Shown: piece by piece, positions 50,940 through 60,009 of the stretch | Position numbering within the stretch: the first letter of the stretch is position 1 | How the letters are laid out: each line of letters begins with the position of its first letter | Assembly: GCA_021849125.1 (NCBI GenBank) | Contig: JAJZTG010000001.1 | Location: 96,422 to 160,421, forward strand | Reading direction: 5' to 3' | Length of the DNA stretch: 64,000 bases | DNA from: a bacterium | Lineage (GTDB): Bacteria > Patescibacteriota > Minisyncoccia > Phycocordibacterales > Phycocordibacteraceae | Program-made: the position numbers and the translations under genes | The notes under the pieces: generated by a model | What the model was told of the DNA's origin: nothing | Database searches by the model: none | What the model saw: only the letters and a program-made list of their open reading frames with translations

Positions 50940-50994
50940 CTCCTTCTCCTTCCTTTTTCAGTTGTTGGAGTGTGGGGACTATATCACAAGCCTT

Positions 50995-53202
50995 TTATTT
51001 CGCTACCTGCACCGCTTCGTCGAACTTTACGGAAAGGAGTTTCGAGACGCCGTCATTACCCATCGTGACGCCATAGAGGATGGAGGCGCGGCTCATGGTC
51101 TCGCGGTTGTGCGTGATGACGATGAGCTGCGAGCGCTTCGCGAGGTTGTCGATCATGTCGCCATAGCGGCGGCTGTTCGCTTCGTCGAGTGCCGCATCGG
51201 TCTCGTCGAGGATGAGGAACGGCGGCGGGTTCACCTGGCTCATCGCGAAGATAAGCGCGATCGAGGTAAGCGCGCGCTCGCCGCCTGAAAGCTGCATGAG
51301 AGAGCGGACCTTCTTCTTCGGAAGATTCACGGCGATCTCGATACCCGGACGTGCCTTTTCTTTCGGCTCACCGAGCATCTCTTCTTCATCCTCTTCAGGT
51401 TCTTCCTCCGCTTCAAGCGCGAGTCGCGCGCCGCCGCCGCCGAACATGAGCGCGAAGTACTCGCTGAAGGATGCGTTCACTTTCGCGAGTCCATCGGAGA
51501 AATGCTTCGCCAGCTCCTCATCGAGGTCGTCGATGAGCGTTCTGAGGCTCGCTGCAGATTTCGCGAGGTCTTCGAGCTCGTTTGCAAGGAACGCTTCGCG
51601 CTGTTTCGTCTCGACGTACTCCTGACGCACATCCTCGCCGGTGCCGCCCGCTTCCTCGAGACGGATCTCGATACGATCGAGCGCGCGCTTGCGCTCCTCC
51701 TGCACGTGCCGATCTTCTTCGGGGAGTGCCGTGAGCGGCTCGTAGGTGACCGCTGCCATGCCGGCCAAGGTTGCCGCTTCAGCCTTCGCGCGATCAAGCT
51801 CGCCCGCGAGAAGCTCGAGCTCGCGTTCCTTTGCCGAGCATGCGGCAAGCACGCCTTCTTCATGCGCTTTCGTCTGTGCGAGCTCAAGAATACGACGGCG
51901 CATCTCACGGCCGGTCTCGTCGTGGGCAGTGAGCGCCTCGCGCGCACGCGAAAGCGCCGAACGAGCCTCTTCAAGCTCACCTGCGAGCGCCTTCTCTTTC
52001 GCGAGAAGTTCCGTGTGCTGGTTCCCGAGCGCATACGCTTCTCGTTCCTCTTCGGCAAGGAGGTCATCCGTCGGGGCGACGAAGCGCGAGACGAAAAGCT
52101 TGATAAGGTCGCCTACAGCGGAGAGCGTCGCACGGATCGCCTCGGGTGTCGTCGCTTCCGCGATCTGCTTCTCGACTTCTTTCGCAAGCGTCGCGAGGTC
52201 TTCGCGCGGCACTTTGGCGTACGGTTCACGCGCAACCTTCTGACTACGTTCCTTTGCGGCAGCAAGCGCACCTTCGACGCGACCGATCTCACGTGCAAGC
52301 TGTTCACGCTCGCCATTCAGCCGTTCGACTTCCCGCTCGGCCTTACGCACGTGATCAAGACGTTTGATACCTTCCGCATCGGTCGTAACGCGCTCTTCGA
52401 TGCTCGCGAGCTCGGCGGAAGCGACTGCAAGACGTTCGGTCGCCGCGTGCTTCGCCGCGGCGTTCGTCTCTTTCGTATGTGCGAGGTAGCAGTCCTCGAT
52501 CGCGAAGTACGTCTGTGCGAGACTCGTGAGCTCGACGCGCAAACCGTCGGCACGCTCAAGCTTCTCGACCTGCTTCTCGAGGAAACGCAGGTGCGGTGAG
52601 ATCTCGCGACGAAGCGCATTTACCTCCGTGATATTCTCATCCGTCTTCTCAAGCTTCCGGATCGCTTCCTGTTTCTTGAACTCGAAGAGCTTGAGTCCGA
52701 GCGCGTCCTCAAGCATCGCTCTGCGGTCCCGCGGCGAAGCGAGGAGAATGCGGTCCGCCTCGCCTTGAGAGATGATATGGTGCCCGGTCTCGCCGATGTT
52801 CGCCCCGGCAAGAAGCTCCTCGATGTCGCGCAAGCGGACACGCGAACCGTTGATCGAGTATTCGCTCGTGCCATCGCGGAAGACGGCGCGTTCGATCGCA
52901 ACCTCGTCGAAGTCGATCTTGAACGGGCGATTGCCGCCTACGGGCGTATTGCTGAACACGATCGTCACGGCTGCACGGTTTGCCCGCGGTACCATGTGCG
53001 ATCCGCCCCAGATGAGGTCCTCCGCGCGCTTCCCGCGCATGCTCTTCATCGACTGCTCGCCGAGCGCGAAACGGAACGCCTCGGCGACATTCGACTTACC
53101 GGAGCCATTGGGGCCGACGATAGCGGTCGTCGCGCTCCCGAACTCGAGCGCGGTCTTCTTGGCAAACGATTTGAACCCGACGATCTCCAGTCGCTTCAAC
53201 AT
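50995..53202 (-). CDS. smc: SMC-family chromosome partition ATPase (short, apparently hinge-less)
   Basis: N-terminal head FKSFAKKT...GPNGSGKSN, C-terminal LSGGERALTSIALIFA signature and D-loop LILDETDAALD. Only 735 aa, with an alanine-rich coiled coil and no obvious hinge. Confidence 0.75.
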   Translation of the reverse strand: MLKRLEIVGFKSFAKKTALEFGSATTAIVGPNGSGKSNVAEAFRFALGEQSMKSMRGKRAEDLIWGGSHMVPRANRAAVTIVFSNTPVGGNRPFKIDFDEVAIERAVFRDGTSEYSINGSRVRLRDIEELLAGANIGETGHHIISQGEADRILLASPRDRRAMLEDALGLKLFEFKKQEAIRKLEKTDENITEVNALRREISPHLRFLEKQVEKLERADGLRVELTSLAQTYFAIEDCYLAHTKETNAAAKHAATERLAVASAELASIEERVTTDAEGIKRLDHVRKAEREVERLNGEREQLAREIGRVEGALAAAKERSQKVAREPYAKVPREDLATLAKEVEKQIAEATTPEAIRATLSAVGDLIKLFVSRFVAPTDDLLAEEEREAYALGNQHTELLAKEKALAGELEEARSALSRAREALTAHDETGREMRRRILELAQTKAHEEGVLAACSAKERELELLAGELDRAKAEAATLAGMAAVTYEPLTALPEEDRHVQEERKRALDRIEIRLEEAGGTGEDVRQEYVETKQREAFLANELEDLAKSAASLRTLIDDLDEELAKHFSDGLAKVNASFSEYFALMFGGGGARLALEAEEEPEEDEEEMLGEPKEKARPGIEIAVNLPKKKVRSLMQLSGGERALTSIALIFAMSQVNPPPFLILDETDAALDEANSRRYGDMIDNLAKRSQLIVITHNRETMSRASILYGVTMGNDGVSKLLSVKFDEAVQVAK

Positions 53203-53269
53203 TATCTTTCAGTATAACGTATGAAAGCCCGCATATGCGGGCTTTTGCGTATCTGGAGGCCTCATCCTC

Positions 53270-53959
53270 TCACCAGCCGGACTTTTCAAGCGCTGCCGTA
53301 GCGGCTGCCTGCTCCGCTTCCTGTTTGCTCTTCCCTTCTCCACGCGCGACTTCTTTCTCACCGAGGAAGACGCCGACCGTGAAGCGCTTGTCGTGATCCG
53401 GCCCGATTTCGCCCAAGGTCTCGTACGAAGGGGTAATGCCGCGTTTCTCTTGTGCAGCTTCCTGGAAACGACTCTTCGCATCCTGGTACGCGCGTCGCGC
53501 TATGACATCGTCTATCTTGTTGAAAATGTTTTTGGCGATGAATGCTTCAGCGGCAGCGTAACCCGCATCAAGATAGATGGCGCCAATGATCGCTTCGAAT
53601 GCGTCTGCGAGGATCACCTCACGCGCGCGGCCCGTATCTTTCGCCTCACCCTTCGAAAGAAGGAGGAAGTCTCCGACACCGAGCGCCTGCGAGCTTTCCG
53701 AAAGCGAGATGGTATTCACGAGCGCAGCCCGGTAGCTCGTAAGCTCGCCTTCGGGCTTTGCTGGAAACTTATTGAAAAGGAAATCCGTGACCGCGAGCTC
53801 GAGGACCGCATCGCCCAAGAACTCGAGACGTTCGTTGTGACGCCCTGCGTATTCGCGGTGCTCGTTCAGGTACGAACGATGCGTCAGAGCCTCAGTGATA
53901 AGGCTCTTATCGGAAAAGACGTGACCGAGAGTATGTTCGAGTGGTGAGAAATCAGGCAT
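53270..53959 (-). CDS. rnc: ribonuclease III
   Basis: ERLEFLGDAVLE catalytic signature and a C-terminal dsRBD. The start is trimmed to MPDFSPLEH. Confidence 0.9.
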   Translation of the reverse strand: MPDFSPLEHTLGHVFSDKSLITEALTHRSYLNEHREYAGRHNERLEFLGDAVLELAVTDFLFNKFPAKPEGELTSYRAALVNTISLSESSQALGVGDFLLLSKGEAKDTGRAREVILADAFEAIIGAIYLDAGYAAAEAFIAKNIFNKIDDVIARRAYQDAKSRFQEAAQEKRGITPSYETLGEIGPDHDKRFTVGVFLGEKEVARGEGKSKQEAEQAAATAALEKSGW

Positions 53960-54851
53960 GCTTGCTCGCGTCGTCGAGGAGCTTTTGGACTGCCGCGGTG
54001 ACGATGGGGAGCATATCATCATAGAAATTCAGGTCAATGATGTCCTGGAGACGGAACCATTTCGCATCGTCGAGACCGCCGCTCTTCTTGAGCGTGAGCG
54101 GTTCGAAGGAGCTCGAGGCAAGGAAGAACCAGACATGCTTCCTGACCTTCCCTTTTTCAGGATGTGAGGCGACGTACTCGTTCTCGCCGACCTGATCCTC
54201 GACCTTCGCATCAAGCCCGAGCTCTTCCTTGATGACCCGCGTAACGCCCGCTTGCGGCGTCGGATCCTCTTCGATATGCCCCTTTGAGAGAGTCCACCGT
54301 CCGAAGACATCGTGCACGAGCGCGAGATAGTACTGACCGTCGTGTTTGGCATAGACGATCGCGCCGCCCATCTTCTCAAGCGGAAGTTCTTCGCGCTTCA
54401 CCTTCTTCTTGCCCTGCTCATCCTTGCCTGGCTCGCCGAGCTCCTTGTAGACGGCACCGAGGACGCCGTTTACGAACCGGCCGGAGGAGTCGCCCCCGAA
54501 GGTCTTCGCGAGCTCGATCGCTTCATTGATGGCGACTTTGGCGGGCACTTGCGTACGATCGGCGAAGAGAAGCTCGTACAAGCCGATGCGCAATATGTTG
54601 CGATCGACGGGCGCGATGCGATCGAGCGGCCACTCAGGCGCAGCTTTCTCGATGACGAGGTCGACATCGGCTTTTTTGGCAAGTACGCCATCGAGGAGTT
54701 GTTCCATGAACGTGCGATCGACATCGTCCCCGCCGAACTCAGCAACGTTGCGTGCGAGGATGTCCTTCACTTGCTCTACGGGTGCGCCCGTAGAGTCCCA
54801 TTCGAAGAGGGTCTGTAGCGTGATAGAACGTGCGAGATGTCGATTAGCCAT
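53952..54851 (-). CDS. nusB: NusB antitermination factor fused to a C-terminal Nudix hydrolase domain
   Basis: The NusB core KVAINEAIELAKTFGGDSSGRFVNGVLG is followed by a Nudix box GHIEEDPTPQAGVTRVIKEELGL. Confidence 0.75.
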   Translation of the reverse strand: MANRHLARSITLQTLFEWDSTGAPVEQVKDILARNVAEFGGDDVDRTFMEQLLDGVLAKKADVDLVIEKAAPEWPLDRIAPVDRNILRIGLYELLFADRTQVPAKVAINEAIELAKTFGGDSSGRFVNGVLGAVYKELGEPGKDEQGKKKVKREELPLEKMGGAIVYAKHDGQYYLALVHDVFGRWTLSKGHIEEDPTPQAGVTRVIKEELGLDAKVEDQVGENEYVASHPEKGKVRKHVWFFLASSSFEPLTLKKSGGLDDAKWFRLQDIIDLNFYDDMLPIVTAAVQKLLDDASKHA

Positions 54852-54936
54852 GGAAAGATCTTTTATGTACCTGCGTAGTATAGCAAACAACACGGCCGCG
54901 CAAAGCGCGGCCGTGTTGTTTCTGTGTGTAAAAAGG

Positions 54937-55278
54937 TTATTCGCCCTTCGCTTCCTTCTTCGCTTCGCTGTGCTGCGGCTTCTCGAGCGCAGCAGCTGCT
55001 TTTACTTCTGCGTTCGCATGCGTTTCGTGTGCATGCTCGTGCGCGTGTTCGTGGGTATGCTCGTGGATATGAGCGGCCTTCACCTTCGGTAGAGCGACGC
55101 GAACCTCGCGTGCCGGAGCGATCTGCTTGCCGCGGTACATGCCGGTCGCCTCATCGAGACGGTGCGGAAGACGGACATTGCCGCTCTCCTTGTCGACGAC
55201 GGTCGTCGTCGCCTTGAGCGCGTGGTGCGACCGGCGGTTGCCGGTGTGTCCTCGGGTATGGCGCATTCGTACTGACAT
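54937..55278 (-). CDS. rpmF: 50S ribosomal protein L32 with a His-rich C-terminal extension
   Basis: [33 protein letters not shown]...GMYRGKQI aligns with bL32 (E. coli [33 protein letters not shown]...GYYRGRKV). The tail is [19 protein letters not shown]. Confidence 0.75.
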   Translation of the reverse strand: MSVRMRHTRGHTGNRRSHHALKATTTVVDKESGNVRLPHRLDEATGMYRGKQIAPAREVRVALPKVKAAHIHEHTHEHAHEHAHETHANAEVKAAAALEKPQHSEAKKEAKGE

Positions 55279-55372
55279 GCCCACTACCCTATCACGAGGA
55301 GTATAAAAGGTAAAGCGCCGCTCCCGGCGGCGCTTCTCGACGAGGCTTATCATAAAGCCTCTATGGTTTCAT

Positions 55373-55660
55373 TCAGTGTAGTTCTGGCCCTGGACAATGC
55401 ATGGCTTGCTCGGTCAATATTTCACCGAGAAACCTGCGACACTTCAGGGTGTAATACCCGTTATAAAAACTCAGCCTGCCCGCATTCGGACAAGCGCGCT
55501 CATCCTTAATGCAGCAACTGAAGTCAGCGTTGCCGAGCGCCTTGACCGTAGGAGTCAAACCGCCGTCTATCGTCATTTCAGCGACAGCACGCTGTCCGAT
55601 GGCACCAACTCCTGTTACTACAGGCGTATTAGCCGGAAGACTACATCCACCTTTTTTCAT
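55373..55660 (-). CDS. small Cys-rich hypothetical protein (95 aa)
   Basis: AGGAG lies 9 nt upstream of the ATG, and a hairpin terminator follows the stop. Six Cys residues (C6, C49, C50, C57, C74, C89). Confidence 0.45.
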   Translation of the reverse strand: MKKGGCSLPANTPVVTGVGAIGQRAVAEMTIDGGLTPTVKALGNADFSCCIKDERACPNAGRLSFYNGYYTLKCRRFLGEILTEQAMHCPGPELH

Positions 55661-55751
55661 TTTCTGGATCTCCTAAATTACCAGATGGTTCGTTTGCACC
55701 CTCCCCAGCAAAGCCCCTCTTCACTGGGCGGCACAAGCTGCCTTTATACCA

Positions 55752-56345
55752 CTATTCATTCTCTGCGGCAATATGTGTGAACGACCGGCGGTGGACAGCG
55801 CAAAGGCCATGTTCTGCGAGCGCTTCGTAATGCGCTTTGGTTCCATATCCTTTATGAGCGTCAAAACCATACTCAGGAAAGTCTTTGGCGAGCTCAAGCA
55901 TGAGCCGATCGCGGGTTACTTTCGCAGCAACTGAAGCAAGCGAGATGATCGGCACGAGTGCATCGCCGTGAATGATGGTTTCCTGCGCATATACAGCAGG
56001 GGCACGGAGCGAGCCGTCGAGCTTGATGAGTACGTTTGCCGGATCCGGTGCGAGCTTCCCCACTACCCGATCAAGCGCACGCTGTACGGCCGTAACGATC
56101 CCCGCTTCGTCGATCACGGAAGCATCTTCATATTCGACCGCGAAGCGCATGTCGCCCTGCTCCACACGTCTTTCAAGAAGCACAAAAAGTTCCTCGCGTT
56201 TCTTCTCGGTAAGCTTCTTCGAGTCGCGCACGCCGGGAAACTCGAGCTCCACGTCGAACCCCTCCGGCACCAAGATGGCACCCACTGCGACCGGCCCTGC
56301 CAGGGGTCCTCGCCCTGCTTCGTCTACCCCCAATAGGAAGCTCAT
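55752..56345 (-). CDS. rnhB: ribonuclease HII
   Basis: LGVDEAGRGPLAGPV N-terminal motif and RNase HII length. Confidence 0.85.
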   Translation of the reverse strand: MSFLLGVDEAGRGPLAGPVAVGAILVPEGFDVELEFPGVRDSKKLTEKKREELFVLLERRVEQGDMRFAVEYEDASVIDEAGIVTAVQRALDRVVGKLAPDPANVLIKLDGSLRAPAVYAQETIIHGDALVPIISLASVAAKVTRDRLMLELAKDFPEYGFDAHKGYGTKAHYEALAEHGLCAVHRRSFTHIAAENE

Positions 56346-56455
56346 GAGGAAAGTATACCCCCACACCAATCGTCGTCATGTTCCTGACAAAGCATTTTCT
56401 CTTGGGAACGGCGTGTTTTATGCGGCGATTGGTGTGGGGGTATATACTGAGACCC

Positions 56456-59400
56456 ATGGCGAGCCGTTTCGTACACCTTCATACCCACTCTCACTACAGC
56501 TTCCTCCAGGCGCTTCCGAAAGTGAAAGAGCTCGTTGAGAAAGCAAAAGCGGCAGGCTTGGATACGATCGCGCTTACTGACGCTGGCAACATGCATGGTG
56601 CGATCGACTTCTATAAGAGCGCCACGAAAGCGGGCGTAAAGCCTATCCTTGGCGTCGATGCCTACCTTGCGCCGCGTTCGCGCTTCGAAAAGGACCCGGC
56701 TCTCGACGCAAAACGTTCACGTATCGTCCTCCTTGCAGAAAATTTCGAAGGCTACCAGAATCTTCTCGCCCTTGTCACCAAATCGTGGACGGAAGGATTC
56801 TTCGAGCGCCCGCGCATCGATAAGGAACTCTTGCAGGTCCACGCGAAGGGACTCATCGCGATCCTCCCCTCTTTCTCGAGCGATACCTCACTTCTCCTAC
56901 GCGCTGGGAATCGCGAAGGGGCGCATGCGGCGCTCGCTGAGTTCAAGTCGATCTTCGGCGACGGCAATCTCTTCCTCGAAATCACGCATCACCCGCACGT
57001 CGAGGGTCACGAAGCGCTCATGAAGAAGGTCATCTCCTTTTCGAAGGAGACTAATACTCCGCTTGTCGCGCAGCAGGACGTCTACTACCTCGACCCGGGA
57101 GACCGAGAAGCCACTGAGATCCTGCGGCGCATAGGCCAAGGCGGTCGCGGCAGGAACGAGCAGGAAGACTTCTCGTTCACGACCGAAGCGCAGATGCTCG
57201 AGCTTTTCAAAGACCTTCCCGAGGCGATCGACAATACACGCACGATTGCCGACCGCTGCAACGTCGAGCTCACGATCGGCGAATTCGTCTTCCCGAAATT
57301 CACGCTTCCGGAAGGCGTGACCGCTGACGAGGAGCTCCGCCGCCTCTGTCTCGAAGGCATCGCCGCACGCGGACTTGAGGGCAAACAGGACGTACTCGAC
57401 CGCCTCGAGTACGAGCTTGGCATCATCAAGTTCAAGGGCTACGCCGCCTACTTCCTCGTCGTGTACGATCTCATCCGCTTCGCACGCAAGGAAGGCATCT
57501 ACTTCAACATCCGCGGTTCGGTCGCTGGCAGTATGACGACGTATCTTCTCCAGATCACGAAGATCGATCCGCTCATCTACAAGATCCCGTTTGAACGCTT
57601 CTTGAACCCTGAGCGCCCCTCGGCACCGGATATCGATATGGACTTCGCCGATAATCGCCGCGACGAGGTGATCGATTATGCACGCCGGACCTATGGCGAC
57701 GACCACGTCGCGCAGATCGGTACCTTCGGGACCATGCTCGCGCGTGCGGCGGTGCGAGACGTCGCGCGCGCCTTGGGCCACGCCTACTCGACCGGCGACC
57801 GGATCGCGAAGCTCATCCCGCAGGGCTCGCAAGGCTTCCCGATCGATATCAACAAGGCGCTCGAGCTCGAGGAGGACCTCCAGGCGCTCTACGACGAAGA
57901 CGAGGACGTGCACGAGATCATCGACGTCGCACGCCGTATCGAGGGCTGCGTACGGCACGTCGGCGTGCACGCTGCAGGCGTCGTGATCTCCCCCACCCCG
58001 CTTATCGAATGGGCGCCTCTGCAGCCGGACCCGAAAGGCGGCAAGCTCATCACGCAGTACGACATGTACTCGGTCGGCGAAGATGGCGTCGGTCTTACGA
58101 AGTTCGACTTCCTCGGCATCAAGAACCTTGCGATCCTCGCGGACGCGATCGCGCGCGTGAAAGCGACGTGCGGCATCGACCTCGATATCGAGACCATCCC
58201 GCTCGACGATGAGAAAACCTTCGCGATGCTCGCGAAGGGCGATACGGAAGGCACCTTCCAGCTGAACGGCTCGGGCATGACCCGCTGGCTCAAGGAACTG
58301 AAGCCCACCACCATCCACGACATCAACGCCATGGTCGCGCTCTATCGTCCTGGTCCGATGCAGTTCATCCCCGACTACATCGCCCGCAAACGGAACCCGC
58401 GCCTCATCACCTACCTCGACCCGGCGATGGAACCGATCCTTGCGCAAACTTACGGCATCCTCGTGTACCAGGATGACCTCCTTATCATGGCCAACCAGTT
58501 TGCCGGTTACAGCTGGGGCGAGGTCGACAAGTTCCGCAAGGCCGTCGGTAAGAAGATCCCCGAGGAGATGCAGAAGCAGAAGGACAAGTTCATCAACGGT
58601 TGCGTCGAACACTCCGGCTGGCCGCTTTCGAAAGCGCAGAAAGTCTGGGAATGGATCGAACCGTTTGCAGCGTACGGCTTCAACAAGGCGCACTCTGCTT
58701 CCTATGGCCGCGTCGCCTACCAGACCGCGTACCTCAAAGCGAACTATCCGGTCGAATACCTTGCTGCGCTTTTGACCGCCGATGCGGGCGACACGGAAAA
58801 GATCGCGGTCTTCGTCGCGGAAGCGAAGCGGCTCGGCATCCCGGTCCTCCCGCCGGACGTGAACGAGAGCGGGACAGACTTCACTACCGTGCGTCACGAC
58901 CTGCCCGCGCAAGGTCCGCATGCGTCCGAGCCGGATGTCTCGCAGGCCGACGGGCCGAGAGTAGCGGATTTTTCAGCAGAAAAATACCGCGCTTCCGTCG
59001 AGGACGCTGCGGACCTTACCGCCCCGAACGCGATCCGTTTCGGTCTCTCATCCATCAAGAACTTCGGCGAAGGCATCTCTGCCGCCATCATCGAGGAACG
59101 CGAGACACATGGCCCGTACGTCTCGATTGCCGACTTCCTCTCGCGCGTCGGCTCGAAGAACCTGAACAGGAAGAGTCTCGAGTCCTTGGTGAAGTGCGGC
59201 GCGCTCGACTCGCTTTCGCCTGACGAAGGCGGACGCGGGACGCTCTTCACGAACATCGAAGCCCTGCTCACCTTCCACCGCGAAGCGACCGCCGTCGCGC
59301 CTCAAGATTCACTCTTCGGCGCGCTCATGGCTCCGCCGCCTCTGGTCATCCCGCAAGGAGAGCCGACCTCCCTTCTCGACAAGCTCGCCTGGGAAAAAGA

Positions 59401-59749
59401 GCTCCTCGGTATCTATGTCTCCGGACACCCGCTTGACGCGCATAAGGCGACCACCGAAAAGGCATACCTCACCATAGAAAAAATCAAAGCGGAGCCGCAA
59501 GCGGGGCTGCCGTTCATCTTGCCGGTCCTCATTTCTGTCGTCCGCCCTATCCTTACGAAAAGCGGTGAGAAGATGGCCTTCGTCACCGTCGAAGATACGA
59601 CCGATACGATCGAGACCGTCATCTTCACCAAGCTCTTCAAGGAACACGCGGCACTCCTTACGCCCGGCACCTGCGTCCTTACCAAAGGACATGTTTCCGT
59701 GAGAAATGGCGAGACCTCGCTTGCGATTGACGCGATAAAGGCACTCTGA
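56456..59749 (+). CDS. dnaE: DNA polymerase III alpha subunit
   Basis: PHP domain HLHTHSHYSFLQA, polymerase core motifs and an OB fold near the C-terminus. The start is taken at MASRFVHLHTHS. Confidence 0.95.
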   Translation: MASRFVHLHTHSHYSFLQALPKVKELVEKAKAAGLDTIALTDAGNMHGAIDFYKSATKAGVKPILGVDAYLAPRSRFEKDPALDAKRSRIVLLAENFEGYQNLLALVTKSWTEGFFERPRIDKELLQVHAKGLIAILPSFSSDTSLLLRAGNREGAHAALAEFKSIFGDGNLFLEITHHPHVEGHEALMKKVISFSKETNTPLVAQQDVYYLDPGDREATEILRRIGQGGRGRNEQEDFSFTTEAQMLELFKDLPEAIDNTRTIADRCNVELTIGEFVFPKFTLPEGVTADEELRRLCLEGIAARGLEGKQDVLDRLEYELGIIKFKGYAAYFLVVYDLIRFARKEGIYFNIRGSVAGSMTTYLLQITKIDPLIYKIPFERFLNPERPSAPDIDMDFADNRRDEVIDYARRTYGDDHVAQIGTFGTMLARAAVRDVARALGHAYSTGDRIAKLIPQGSQGFPIDINKALELEEDLQALYDEDEDVHEIIDVARRIEGCVRHVGVHAAGVVISPTPLIEWAPLQPDPKGGKLITQYDMYSVGEDGVGLTKFDFLGIKNLAILADAIARVKATCGIDLDIETIPLDDEKTFAMLAKGDTEGTFQLNGSGMTRWLKELKPTTIHDINAMVALYRPGPMQFIPDYIARKRNPRLITYLDPAMEPILAQTYGILVYQDDLLIMANQFAGYSWGEVDKFRKAVGKKIPEEMQKQKDKFINGCVEHSGWPLSKAQKVWEWIEPFAAYGFNKAHSASYGRVAYQTAYLKANYPVEYLAALLTADAGDTEKIAVFVAEAKRLGIPVLPPDVNESGTDFTTVRHDLPAQGPHASEPDVSQADGPRVADFSAEKYRASVEDAADLTAPNAIRFGLSSIKNFGEGISAAIIEERETHGPYVSIADFLSRVGSKNLNRKSLESLVKCGALDSLSPDEGGRGTLFTNIEALLTFHREATAVAPQDSLFGALMAPPPLVIPQGEPTSLLDKLAWEKELLGIYVSGHPLDAHKATTEKAYLTIEKIKAEPQAGLPFILPVLISVVRPILTKSGEKMAFVTVEDTTDTIETVIFTKLFKEHAALLTPGTCVLTKGHVSVRNGETSLAIDAIKAL

Positions 59750-59774
59750 TTTCCGTACCGTTTGCACGACCTTC

Positions 59775-59992
59775 CGCAGTTGACCATCCTCCTGCGAGTG
59801 CTACCATGAAAATCACGGAGATTGCTTCGGCCACCAACCGGAGGCGAGAGAATCGCGCGGAAGCCTAATCCGAAAATCGAATACAAAGCGCCCGCGGGAA
59901 GCTGCGGGAAGCCGGGTGGAACCGCGGTTTAAGATCGCCCTGGTGAGAACGGAACGGATCGTTCCGCTTTCGCCAGGGCGTTTTTATTTTTT
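59775..59992 (+). promoter_or_regulatory. T-box riboswitch leader of thrS
   Basis: T-box core GGGTGGAACCGCGG at 59914-59927. The terminator hairpin cgccctgg...ccagggcg (59936-59980) is followed by TTTTTATTTTTT. A candidate Thr specifier ACC-A lies at 59833-59836. Confidence 0.7.
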
Positions 59993-60009
59993 AAAAATCA
60001 GTACTCACC

